Positions 1-12,728 of a DNA stretch of 64,000 nucleotides are shown in pieces. Origin of the DNA: Octopus bimaculoides (taxonomy: Eukaryota); the NCBI RefSeq assembly GCF_001194135.2, contig NC_068994.1, positions 4,746,280 to 4,810,279 on the forward strand. Reading direction: 5' to 3'. The position numbers and the translations under genes were made by a program. The stretch's first letter is position 1. Each line of letters begins with the position of its first letter. The notes beneath the pieces were generated by a model that did not search any database, had not been told where the DNA came from, and saw nothing but the letters and a program-made list of their open reading frames with translations.

Positions 1-1612
1 AATCAATCGTATGTTTATATAATCATATATATATATATATACATATACATACTATAGATTATATAACATATATATATATGTATATAAACACTATGAATTA
101 ATATATATATATATATACACACACACGCGCGTGCCCACATCAATTTTCGCTTTTTTGGGTTTTTTTAAATTCCTTCAGGATTATTATAATTTCTCTTGTA
201 GTTATTTTGCCATTCTTCCACTTTCGATTATTATTGCTATTGTACTCGTCACAATTATTGCTGTTCTTGTTGTTTGGAAATGTTTTTTTTTCGTCTTTTT
301 TTAAATACTGGGGTTTTTTCTTGGGCTGTTTTTTTAGTTTTTAGTTTTAAAAGGAATATAAAAATGGAAGTGAAGAATTTTTCTGCTTCTCCTCGTCGTT
401 GTTTTGAGTTTGTTTCTGTTTCTATTCTTTCTTGAGTTCTTGCTTTGTGTTTTTTGATTTGTCTTGTATATTTTTGTTATATATTTTATTGTTTTTGTTT
501 TTGTTTTTTTCGTTTTATTTTCTTTAATTCACCGCCTTGTTTGTGTGTGTGAGAGAGAAAGGGAGGAAGAGAGCGATGGATAGAGAAATAGAGACAGACT
601 GAGAGTGTGAGAAGCAGAGAGAGAGAGAAATTGTGTGTGAGAAGAGAGAGAAAGCTAATGACTGAGAGAGGGAGAACCTTGACTAACAACAACAACAGTT
701 CTATTGGAAGCAGTTGTGTGGATGGCTGGCTGGATGTAGTGTCGGACGGCAGGGAGAGGCGGTTCTGTGGAAGGAGGAAGGCACTGTAATTGATGAAGGT
801 GGGGGGGTGCAAAAGTGGTGTTGGTGGTGGATTTGTAGTAGCAGTGGTGGATATAGTAACGGTGGTGGTGGTGGCGTTACAGATGCGGTGGATGTTGGAA
901 TAATGCTGGTAGTTGTGCTGCTCCTCCTGTATATGTGTGTGTGTGTGTGGATGGAGAGAGACACGGTGTTTTTCATGTGTGTGCAGTAGAGGTGAGCATG
1001 TGTTTACAATGGGGAGGTGTATTGTGATGGGGGCCCGTCCTGAGAATAAGGAAGTATGAACGTGTGCAGGTCCCACTGTGTCTTAAAGCTGTCCCCCCTC
1101 GTTTCTCTCTCTCTCTCTCTCATTCTCTCAGTTCTGTCATATTTCTGCATGGATCTGTGTACTTATATGTGTCCCCAGGACAGTATATATTGTATTTTCG
1201 TTACACAGTGCCACACCGTAGATATGAATGTGCATGTGTGTGTTTTACACTGTACATGGCCATATGTGTCTGACTGCTGCACTTTCAGTATGTGTGTGTG
1301 CGTGTGTGAGAGCGTCACTTTATCTCCGCAGCACAAAAGGCTACCACCCAACCCACACAGTTATAAATCCAAAGATCCAAGTGTGAGACAAAATCTCTCC
1401 CTCTCGTATGTATATATATAATATAAGGAGGAGAGAGAGAGAGAGGGAGAGATGATGTGTGGGTTGTTTAGTGGCTGTGTGTGTGGGTGTGACTCTTGTG
1501 GACTAAGAGTACTTTTCTCTCTCATACGTACATACATACATACATATTTGTGTGTGTGTGTGTATATATATACTATCCGTATCACGTCCTCATTTTGTTG
1601 TTTTTTTGAACT

Positions 1613-1646
<34 letters not shown>

Positions 1647-1846
1647 CGTACATATATGTATGGATATATATATATATATATATATATGCATACATATATA
1701 TACATATATATATATATCATGCGTATGTACATATCAATATACACACATACACATGCGAGCACACACACACACACACACACACATTAATACCAGTTCTACT
1801 ACAAACTCCTCAGCTTCATTCACAGTGTAAGCACATTGACCAGTAT

Positions 1847-1888
<42 letters not shown>

Positions 1889-2297
1889 TGAACCATAAAG
1901 AGGGCAACTTGACTAAGAGAGAAGAAATTCTGAAAAATCCTGCTCAGTGAGGAAGTGTGCACCACTGAAGCTAATCCATGTAGAAGAGCAGTAATTCTGA
2001 ATAGAAACCTACATGGAGGGGACATGGACTCCGCAAACTGCTGAAGAAATAAGCTGTCTTGGAGGCGAACAATTCTGAATAATAATTGTCACAGTGTAGA
2101 GGGAACTCTAGCCATGACAGACAAGGTCTCTTGTAATGGTGACGCAATGAATGCACTCACACTATGCTGTAAAATGATCAGTGATAGGAAGGTTATCCAA
2201 CCATGGAAACCATATCAAAATCACAAATATAATCTTTTCTGCTTGTAGGTAAAAGTCTTGAATTTATTAATTTTTTTTTTTTGTGTGTGTGTTTTTG

Positions 2298-2692
2298 CTA
2301 GTTGGTTGCATTGATCCTAGTGTCCAGCTAGTACTTTATTTTATCAAACCTAAAAGGACAAAAGACAAAGTCAGCTTTGATGGAGTTTGAACTCGGAACA
2401 TAAGGCTGGAAGAAATACTGCAAAGCATTTTGTCAAATGCACTAATGATTCAGCCAGTTCGCCACCTTAACTGGATTCAAATTTTGGTAAAACCTACCAA
2501 TTTTAGGGGAAGGGGTAATCAATTACATCAACTCCCTCCATATTCTACTGGTACTTATTTTATTGAGCTCGAAAGGATAAAAAGCAAAGTTGACCTAGGC
2601 AGGGTTTGAACTCAGAACATAAAGAGCCAGAAGAAATTCCGCTGAGCATTTCGTTCGAAGCAATAACGACTCTGCCAGCCAAGCCACCTTAA
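2298..2692 (-). mobile_element. Two tandem copies of tRNA-derived SINE family C
   Basis: Both copies carry the reverse complement of the head (ttaaggtggc..ctggcagaa..cgttatt, B-box-like gagttcaaa) and the core gactttgcttttatccttt..taagtacca. The same family occurs at 21036-21760, 54838-55025 and 61108-61327. Confidence 0.8.
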
Positions 2693-2958
2693 CAGTCACA
2701 AATATAATGAAAGGGACGAAGAAGGCATACAGGAGTCACACTTACCAGGTTAGTTCAGTGTACAATAGGGGAACGATCAGGTGGAAACATCTACAACCAA
2801 AACCGAGAAGTCATCCATCATCAAACAATCACAAAAGCATTCTTCTTTTCAAATGAGAAACCTGACATCAGACAACCTACTCCACACCCAACCCCTTAAG
2901 CACTGGGAACCTCCCTCTTCTTGTCAAGTACAAGTCTTTAGGGACTGCCATCATCGTT

Positions 2959-3150
2959 GTCGGCATAATGAAAGGTAAGTACGAACACATTGTAGCAATG
3001 CTGGAGGAGATGTGTGGTGGTGGACAAGTGGTACGGTGGAGCAGGAGCTCCAGCCATCAAATCCATCATGAGTGAGGAACAGAGGTATAAATTATTCTAG
3101 GTGGGCAACAGTGATGGTAGGGATGGACTAGGCATATTGTTGAAAAACAA
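2959..3150 (+). mobile_element. RTE-clade LINE, degenerate AP-endonuclease N-terminal fragment
   Basis: Translates as VGIMKGKYEHIVAMLEEM and, after a frameshift, YKLF*VGNSDGRDGLGILL. This matches the RTE endonuclease pattern (VGTMxG...YKLFWxG...GVGIL). Contains a stop and a frameshift. Confidence 0.7.
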
Positions 3151-4102
3151 ATAAAGGTACCAACATAAAATATCACCATCATCATCAGTTTAACATCTAC
3201 TTGTCCATGATTGCATAAGATAAGAGTATGTTGGGGGAGAGTATTCTACAGTTGGATGCCCTTCTTGTTGCCAATGTCCACTTGTTTCAAAGTGAGGCAA
3301 TAAGCTCTCAGGATATCAAACATCAAAATGGCCTGTACATGTTTATATATGTGAAAAGCCTTAAATCAAACGACACCTTATGGTTGAACCTTTTGCTTAT
3401 GATGATCACACAACATGCCAAGAGGTGCAAACATGTTTTTTGCAGTGGACTGCAAGTAGAAGTCATCAGCAAAGTCAATAGTTACAAGCCAGTGAACACA
3501 CATGGAAACAAGGCATATATGAACTTAGACATACGCACACACACACACATACAGTGGGCTTCTTTCAGTTTCCATCTACCAAGTCCGCTCACAAGGTTCT
3601 GGTCGGTCGAAGGATATAGTAGACATTTGCCCAAAGTGCCACACAGTGAGACTGAACCTGAAACTTGTTGGTTGGGAAGTGAACTTGTTAACCTCATAGC
3701 CATATCTGCATCTATGTGACAATAATTAAATTTAGACTTGTGATATGCAACAGTTACTTCTGCAAATGCACCATCAGGACTGATAGATGAGCAGAGAGGC
3801 CATTTCTGTGTGCAAACCAATTCAGTAATGAACGAGAACAAACTTAGACATGATGGACAGCATCCTCATGGTTCCACCAATATACAAGAAGGCTATGGAT
3901 ATGGTACAAAAAAAAATGAGAAGGGATGAAGACTCTTGAAGATTTGTGACATAAAAGACCTAATATATACACATATATATATATATATAACAGATATCTA
4001 TACATATAAATGTATGTATATATATATGCCTGTATAAATGTAGATATATACAGGCATATATATATTGACAAATATGAGGTGTAGTGGAATCACCCAAAGG
4101 CT

Positions 4103-4553
4103 TTGACACACAGCAGCAATGCACAGGAAATAGGTTTACGTGAATACCTTGGTGGATCCTTAGAGGTAGTGGATAGTTTCTGTTACCTAGGTGACTTAAT
4201 TAGCAGTGGAGGAGAATGCTCTGAAAGTGTAGTAACTAGAATAAGAACAAGATGGAGGAAGTTCAGAGAGTTAGTACCAATATGGTGATAAAAGTCCTCT
4301 TTCTCGGGTGAAAGGCAAATTGTATGAAGCTTGTGTGTGAACAGTAATACTACATGGTAGTGCAACACTGGCCATGAATGCAGAGGTTATGCAAAGGGTG
4401 GGAAAAAATGAAGCTAGCCTGCTCTGCCGAATGTACAATGTCAGTGTGCATGTATAACAAAGTGCAAATGTGTTGAGAGAAAAATTGGACATAAGGGGGC
4501 ATGAGATGTAACATGCACAAGAAAAGACTGTGTTGGTATGGTCAGGTGATGCA
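4103..4553 (+). mobile_element. RTE-clade LINE, degenerate RT C-terminal fragment
   Basis: LEVVDSFCYLGDLISSGGECSESVVTRIRTRWRKFREL...KGKLYEACV...EASLLCRMYNV...LREKLDIRG...RLCWYGQV, typical of the RTE thumb/C-terminal region, with several stops. Confidence 0.85.
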
Positions 4554-4669
4554 TATTGCAGCAGTCCTTCAGTTTTCCTACGTCCTGTAAAAGAACCTGG
4601 ATGTCTGGGCCTCCAACCAGGTCTTTCGCGATACTCTTAAAGCCAGGAACTTTCCAGCACCCCCTCGTA
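4554..4669. mobile_element. Right half of a mariner-type MITE
   Basis: Ends aaagccaggaactttccagcaccccctcgTA. The interior is homologous to the complete copy at 22429-22658. Confidence 0.7.
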
Positions 4670-5107
4670 CATATATACACATAAATATGTACATATTCAT
4701 TTATTTGTTTTTATGTCTGTTCTTCTAGGCTATTATGAATTCAAGAAACATGTCACCGAGGCAATGGTTTACAGCTGGATGCCTTTCCTGTTGCTAACAG
4801 ATGACTTGAACTCTGACAACACATCCAACCCATGCTAACATGGAAATCAAACCTAAACTGGTGATGTTAATGATAATGAGACAGGTGTAGGCGAGACTGT
4901 GTGGTATGAAGTTTCCTTCCAAACCACATGGTTCTGGGTTCAGTCCCACAACCTCGGACCTGCTAAAGCCTTGTGAGTTGATTTGGTAGATGGAAACTAA
5001 AAGAAGCCCACCGTATATATATATACAGAAAAAAGCCCTAGGCTTAAAGAAAAATAAGTACCAGGGTCGATTTGTTCAACGATGAATGTACGTGTGTATA
5101 TTATATA

Positions 5108-5405
5108 TTCTTTTACACGTTCCAGTCATTTGACTGTAGCCATGCTTTAGTCGAACAAATCGACCCCAGGACTTATTCTTTGTAAGCCTAGCTGCTTTTG
5201 TCGAACCGCTAAGTTTTGGGGACATAAAGAAATGTATAACATATATATACACGACGAGCTTCTTTCAGTTTCCAACTAATAATTCCACTCACAAGGCTTT
5301 GGTCGGCCCGAGGCTATAGTAGGAAACACTTGCCCAAGGTGGCACGTAGAGGGACTGAACCTGGAACCATGTGGTTGGGAAGCAAGCTTCTTACCACACA
5401 GCCGT
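5108..5405 (-). mobile_element. tRNA-derived SINE family B (bipartite, microsatellite spacer)
   Basis: Same head (tgtggtaagaagcttgcttcccaaccacatggttccaggttcagtccc) and tail (gaataagtcctggggtcgatttg) as the copies at 32621-33014 and 45213-45519. Confidence 0.85.
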
Positions 5406-6809
5406 GNNNNNNNNNNNNNNNNNNNNNNNNNNNNNNNNNNNNNNNNNNNNNNNNNNNNNNNNNNNNNNNNNNNNNNNNNNNNNNNNNNNNNNNNNNNNNN
5501 NNNNNNNNNNNNNNNNNNNNNNNNNNNNNNNNNNNNNNNNNNNNNNNNNNNNNNNNNNNNNNNNNNNNNNNNNNNNNNNNNNNNNNNNNNNNNNNNNNNN
5601 NNNNNNNNNNNNNNNNNNNNNNNNNNNNNNNNNNNNNNNNNNNNNNNNNNNNNNNNNNNNNNNNNNNNNNNNNNNNNNNNNNNNNNNNNNNNNNNNNNNN
5701 NNNNNNNNNNNNNNNNNNNNNNNNNNNNNNNNNNNNNNNNNNNNNNNNNNNNNNNNNNNNNNNNNNNNNNNNNNNNNNNNNNNNNNNNNNNNNNNNNNNN
5801 NNNNNNNNNNNNNNNNNNNNNNNNNNNNNNNNNNNNNNNNNNNNNNNNNNNNNNNNNNNNNNNNNNNNNATATATGGCTGTGGTTAACAAGATCGTTTCA
5901 CAACCACATGGTTCCAGGTTCAGTCTCATCTTCCACAATGGCTCAGCGCTGGCCAATGCTTTTTGAATGAATTCTGACACACGGCACAGAATAGGTTTCG
6001 GACTTAAATAAAGAAAGATGGATTTGATCAACTAAATCCTTAAAAGGGGTGAATATAAATAGAAGTATATATATGTACATACAATGAATGTATGTGTGTG
6101 TGTGTGTGTGTATACATATTTATATACATATATACGTATGAAATAATGTGTGTGAATGTATATGTATATACACACACACACATATATATATACATACAAA
6201 TATATGTACGTACATATACAAATGCTTGCACAGGTATATAATTGTGCACACATATACTTACACGTAAACACACATACACACTCATTCTAGCCAGATGTCG
6301 GGTTTAATCCTAGATTTTCCAGCTGTAACCATCTCATTTCGTTAAGGCTCTCTCCAGTCTCCTCTCCTTATTCAACAGAGAAGGGCCAGATTTATGAGAA
6401 CTGGCTACTATTTCTTGCATGTTTAGCGACCCCACATAGGCGCTCACTCTTTGGTTTGCGTTATATCATGTGGACACATACTATGGGGTGTGAAATATTT
6501 GACCAACTTTTATAATTCTAACAAAACTATAAATTGACTCATAAACGGATTTATGTATGTATATATATGTGTATATTAGCGATCGTTCTTTTCAAATGGG
6601 GAGAAAGTACAACACAGGAATACACACACGTATGTATATACACACACACACACGCATCCTCATATGTGTATTCCCACGAAGGGACGACTACCAAAAAAAC
6701 TTTGTGTGAATTATATATACATGTGTGTGTATGCATGTATGTATGTAAAGTGTGAGTGTGTATATATTTTAAATCTGTAGTTTAGGGATCAGTAATCAGA
6801 AAATACCAA

Positions 6810-7100
6810 AGATTATCGCGACCAAGTCACAAAAGAAAAAATTCTCAAAGTTAAAAGAAAAAAAAAAGAGGAAGATATACGATGGGATGTGGTGACATTC
6901 ATGCCTTTCCGAATGACATTTGCGACGTTCGATTCTCGCACGAGGCGAGATAGCCACAACGTCACGCGGTCCTCGTTTAGCGGAAGAGGCTTACCTTGCT
7001 CTCTGTAAATAAATATTGCGCAAGTAGTTTGATATATAAGTATCTATTTATATTCATATTAGAATCTATTTATATTCATATCACAGTCTATTTATATAAG
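6810..7100 (-). promoter_or_regulatory. CpG-rich promoter-like segment with a consensus 5' splice donor (candidate 5' exon of a gene running off the left of the window)
   Basis: Local CpG cluster. Minus-strand AAG|GTAAG (plus cttacct, 6990-6996). TTGCGCAA palindrome at 7016-7023. Three ~22-bp-spaced tctatttatat units (TATAAATAG on minus) at about 7043-7096. No coding exon was found. Confidence 0.3.
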
Positions 7101-7383
7101 CATGTGTGTGTGTGTATGTATGGAGGGGGGGGATTGGAATATTTTCTTAGCTTATGTCTCTCCCCTCCTCCTCTGTTATAAAACCACTTGAGGTGTGCGT
7201 GTGTAGGTTTTGGAAGCAAGAGGGAACCAATGTGGACAATGAGCTTACACCTCTATATGTAACATATATATGTGTGTGATTACCTATATGTTTGCTAAGT
7301 GTGTATGTACGGACACAAGGTATGTGTGTGTGTATATATACATATGAATATGTCGGCGCACGTCCATATATATATATATATAT

Positions 7384-7425
<42 letters not shown>

Positions 7426-7779
7426 AGAAAAAGAGAGAGAGAGCGGGTGTGTGTGTGCGAGTGATATGCGTGTGTATGTATATATATGTCCCATCTCACC
7501 AGAACGTCATGGAAACGGGCCAGTAGAGCAATAGAAAGATGAATTGCGGTACTATTTAGAAGAACAACAACAATAGGAACAACGGGGAACGAGGATAAGA
7601 AGAATTGTAATAACAATAATAAAGTAAATAAACATAAAAAAATATACTACTAATAATAATAACGGTTATAGTAATTAATAACGAACCTGGTCATCAGTAG
7701 CAGCAGCTGTAGTAATAGTAGTAGTAGTGTGGTGGTGATGGTGGTTGTGGTGGTGGTGGTGGTGGTGGCTGTAGTAAGG

Positions 7780-10330
7780 AAAGTGTGTGTATGTGTGAGA
7801 CTGTTTTGTTAAGTTGACTGAGAAAGGTGGAGGGAATATGAGGGTGAGTTAGAGAGAGAGAGAGATGGAAGTGAAAGAGAGGGAATGAAATATTAGGTAG
7901 GGTATATGAATGGGGAAGATGCTTAAAAAAAAAAAAGTAATAGAGAATATGTGTACGGGATGAGAGGAAAGAAGGAGGTAGGGAGGAAATTTAGACAGGG
8001 TAGGATGTTTGTTAGAGGGGGAGAGATGACAGAGAGTGAGAGGAAAGAGAGGGAAAATTAGTGAAAGATATGGAAGAAAATTGAGAGTGGGGAGGGAGGA
8101 GAATAAAGAAAGATAGAGAGAGAAGCAAAATACAGAGAGAGAGGGGGAGGAAAATGGAGAGAGAATGGGTTATCCTGAAGAAGGATGGAACTACGAGTCG
8201 AAGTGGATGTCAGATTCTACCAGGAGTCAGGGAAAAGGAATGGGAGAATGTTAAAAAATATGATGGAGTTAAAATACAGAAAAAAAAAAACATGGTACCA
8301 AAGGACAGCATAAAATAAAGAGTAAAAATAAATGGAAGGAAAATTTGAATTAAAAATGGAAGAAATAAATTCTGCTTTTTTTTTTCTTTTACGGTTATTT
8401 TCTGGATGTTTTTGTAATTTTTTTGTTTTTGTAAAGAAAAAAATATATAGCAATATATAAAAAGGTCGCTAAAAGAGAAAAGAAGTAGAAAGAGAGCGAG
8501 TTAGAGGATAAGACGGAGCAAGGATAGTAAGTTAGATGTGTAGAGGAAGAGGGAGAAAAAGAAAGAGGTAGAGAGAGAAAGAGAAAGGAGAGAAAGAAAT
8601 GGAGAAAGTTTAAAGAGAGGGGGAAGTGACAGAGTGTGTGTAAAAAACATGTTAAGTGATGTAGACAGAGTAAAAGTAGAAGGAAACTTTGAGAGGAGGA
8701 GGAAGGGGAGAAAACAAAACACTTGGATATATAAGAAAGGTGGAGAAGGATAGGCCAGAGAAGAAGAGGGGGGAAAATGACATTGAGAGAGAGAGAGAGT
8801 CAGAGATACAAGATGTACAGAAAGAGGGAAAGCGAGAGAGAGAGAGAGAGAGATATGAGGGGGAAGGGGAGGAAAAACGTTAAAAAATATCAACGCAGAG
8901 ATAGGTTAAAGATAGGCTAGAGGTAGGAAGAGGCTGACAGTAGGAGTGGGAGTAAGAGATAAAGAAGGGGAGGAGGTGAAGCTGAGGTAGATAAAAAAAT
9001 GAGAAAGAAATAAAAAACCCAGCAGCGTGACACACAGACAGAGCAGAGCTGTGGTGCTTTTTTTAAGTTTATTCGGAAACTTTGCTTTTATTGTTTTGTA
9101 TTGTTGTTGTTGCTACCGATTTTTTTTTCCTTTCTCTTATCTATTTTGTTGTCTTTTGGTTTTGGTTTTTGGTTTTTGGTTTTTGGTTTTTTTACACAGA
9201 ATGACTCAGTTTATCGCAGAAATAGAGAAAGGGGGGATGAGAGAGAAAGGAAGATAGGTGAAAGAGAGAGGGGGAAAGAGAAAGATAAAGAGTCTTAGAG
9301 AGTGAGGTGAAAAAAATAAGGCAGTGAGATAGGAGAAAAAGAAGAGAGGGAAGGATAGAGATAGAGAGTGAGGAACAGAGAAAGATAGAGAGAAACATAG
9401 AGAGTAAGAGGTGGGAGGAAAGAGGTAAAAAAATAAGGAAATGAGGATAGAAAGAAAGAGGGAGAAAGAATGGGTAAAAGGAGACAACAGAGACAAAGAC
9501 GGAGTGAATGAAAAGAGAGAGAGAGAAAGAGGGGTTAAAAAACTAAGTTTGTAAAAGGGAGGAAGAGAAAGATAGAACAAGAGAAAGTAGGAGGGAAATA
9601 TAAGAATGTGTATGAGAGAGAAAGGATGAGAAAAGGGCGAAGAAAGATTGGGGAAAGAAAGTAAGGAAAAGAGAAAGGGAAGTGAGATTGATGGTAAGGA
9701 GAAAGAGAGAAAGGCGTAGAGAAGAAAGGATAGGGAGTTTAGGAATAATTGATAGATAGATAAATTGAGAGAGGGAAAGAGGGCATTTTTATTTTTTGTT
9801 CCAGAGACAGAAGTAAGGGGGAAAGCAAGAGGAAATTAAAAAGAGGGGTGAGAAAGGAAGGGCATAGATATAGTAAGAGAAAAAGGAGAGAGTAAGGGAA
9901 AGAGTGAAAGAGTAGAGGCGAAATGGGGCAGAGTGAGACAGAGACACACTGAGAGGGAGGAGAAGAAAAGCTAAGGTAGAAAAAGAGAGAGTGTAATAAA
10001 GAAACTGAGGGAGGGAGAATAGGGCAAAGATGAAGATAAAGAGGGAAAAAACGAAAGGAACAAAGGGAGGGAGAAATATAAACCAAAAATAGAGAGTAGA
10101 GAGAAGGTAAAAGAGAGGGAGTAAAAGGAATAGGGAGGGAGAATGAAAGGGAAAAATAAGCGTGTAAGGAAGATGAGTGAGATAAGAAAAAAAACTAGGA
10201 AATTAGAAAGAGAGGAATTGATATAGAGGTGAGGGGGTGAAGAGAAAGAGAGAGAGAGAGAGGGGGGGATGAGACGCGGGTTTGAAAGAGGGGAGTTTCT
10301 AACAAAAGAGAGACTGTACGACGCACAGAC
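7780..10330. repeat. GA-rich low-complexity polypurine tract (~2.5 kb)
   Basis: Plus strand is overwhelmingly G/A, interrupted by two T-rich patches (8370-8440, 9055-9195). Confidence 0.9.
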
Positions 10331-10824
10331 ATTCATGTGTGCTTGTGTGGAACTAACAGACTCTCTTGTATTGAGGAATGGAATTTAGAGAAGNNNNNNN
10401 NNNNNNNNNNNNNNNNNNNNNNNNNNNNNNNNNNNNNNNNNNNNNNNNNNNNNNNNNNNNNNNNNNNNNNNNNNNNNNNNNNNNNNNNNNNNNNNNNNNN
10501 NNNNNNNNNNNNNNNNNNNNNNNNNNNNNNNNNNNNNNNNNNNNNNNNNNNNNNNNNNNNNNNNNNNNNNNNNNNNNNNNNNNNNNNNNNNNNNNNNNNN
10601 NNNNNNNNNNNNNNNNNNNNNNNNNNNNNNNNNNNNNNNNNNNNNNNNNNNNNNNNNNNNNNNNNNNNNNNNNNNNNNNNNNNNNNNNNNNNNNNNNNNN
10701 NNNNNNNNNNNNNNNNNNNNNNNNNNNNNNNNNNNNNNNNNNNNNNNNNNNNNNNNNNNNNNNNNNNNNNNNNNNNNNNNNNNNNNNNNNNNNNNNNNNN
10801 NNNNNNNNNNNNNNNNNNNNNNNN

Positions 10825-11400
10825 GGGGTTGAATGAAGGGTATGGTGGTAACGTTGATAACGATGGTAAGGATGCTGGCAGTAGTTGTGATGGAGATGGT
10901 TACAGTGGTAATGATGCTGGTGATGATGATGATGATGATGGTAGTGCTAATAGTAGCCATGCTGGTGGCGGCGGCGGCGGCGGTGGTGGTGGTGGTAGTG
11001 AAATTACTTGAGGTGACAGGAAGACGATGGTGTTGATGATGATGGCTGTGATGTTGTTGGTAAGGATAACGATGATGATGATGGTGGTGGTTGTGATGGT
11101 GACAGTGGTAATGCTGTTGATAATGATGATGGTGACGACGACGACGATGACGATGACGATGATGATGATGATGATGACGATGGTGATGGTGATGATAATG
11201 ATGATGATGATGATGACGGTGATGACGATGATGATGAGGAGGATGATGATGGTGATGCTGATAATGATGAGGATGATGATGATGACGGTGATGATGATGA
11301 TGATGATGATGATGATGACGGTGATGATGGTGATGAGGATGATGATGAGGATGATGATGACGGTGATGATGATGATGGTGATGGTGATAGTAGTGATAAA
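10825..11400. repeat. Compound trinucleotide repeat (GAT/GAC/GGT/GGC)n
   Basis: Directly visible. It produces the poly-M, poly-D and poly-I readings in the ORF track. Confidence 0.95.
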
Positions 11401-11724
11401 AGAGTACAAGGAAGATAACAGCCAGTAGGCTTGAAAGGCTAATGATATGGTAGATTGGAAGATGGAGGCAAGGCGAGAGGGAGAGGACTGGAAACTTATC
11501 TGTGTTGGACAGAAAATAAATTATAATCTGTTTTGAACGCAGAGAAAATGTGTGTGTGTTTTTTTTGGTTTTTTTTTAATTTTTGGTCTCTCTCAATCTG
11601 CAAGAATTTTTTTTTTTCAAAAATGTGCACATATCCATATGTATTATGTCTGTGTGATGTTTATATACATAGCATACATATGTAGGTACATATATATACA
11701 CATACATATGTTTGTGTATAAATA

Positions 11725-11845
11725 TCATCATCATTTAACGTCCGCTTTCCATGCTAGCATGGGTTGGACGATTTGACTGAGGACTGGTGAACCAGATGGC
11801 TACACCAGGCTCCAATCTGATTTGGCAGAGTTTCTACAGCTGGAT
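11725..11845 (-). mobile_element. Family A non-autonomous element with RTE-like 3' tail and (GAT)n end
   Basis: Near-identical to five other copies. Contains the 14-bp palindrome CCATGCTAGCATGG. Confidence 0.85.
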
Positions 11846-11878
<33 letters not shown>

Positions 11879-11949
11879 GATAAATATACGTATGTGTATA
11901 TGTGTGTGTTTGTGTACATACATACATATATATACATATATATATACAC

Positions 11950-11996
<47 letters not shown>

Positions 11997-12276
11997 CATA
12001 TCTGTATACACACATATTTACATGTATATGGTATATGTGTGTGAGTGTATGTAAATATATATATATACATACACACACACACATATATGTATATATGTGT
12101 GTGTGTGTATGTAAATATATATATATATATATAATCAGACTGGAGACTGGTGCGCCCTTCCAGCGTGCCGGCCCGGTCAAACTGTCCAACCCATGCTAGC
12201 AAGGGCAACAGACATTAAATGATGATGATGATACATACATATTTATTTATATATGTACGTATATACATACACACTT

Positions 12277-12331
<55 letters not shown>

Positions 12332-12660
12332 AACAGACATATGTAGTGTAAACATACATATTACATTCCCTATTTTATCACCTTTTATTTTGTTTTTTTA
12401 TTAATTTCACTCAGTGGACTGTGGCCATGCTGGGGCAGTACCTTCAAGGGTTTTAGCATGTGTGTGTGTGTGTGTATACATACATACACTTACACACACA
12501 TATATGTATATATCAAAACAGGAGACAGGAAAAAATTGTTGGTATAATTTATTCATCATTACACATGTTTCATTTGCTAATAAGAGTTACAAATTTGTAC
12601 ATGTAGGAGACACATGTAAGGTATCTTCTACTAGAAATCCTTCAGACAGAGAATCAAATT

Positions 12661-12728
<68 letters not shown>

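Noticed and set aside
2971-2980. Perfect AAG|GTAAGT donor
   Set aside because: It lies inside the RTE endonuclease remnant (codons K-G-K-Y), so it is coincidental.
11027-11428. Met-rich 133-aa ORF, considered as reflectin-like
   Set aside because: It is the ATG frame of a (GAT)n repeat and lacks the M/F-D-x5 repeats and Tyr/Arg content of reflectins.
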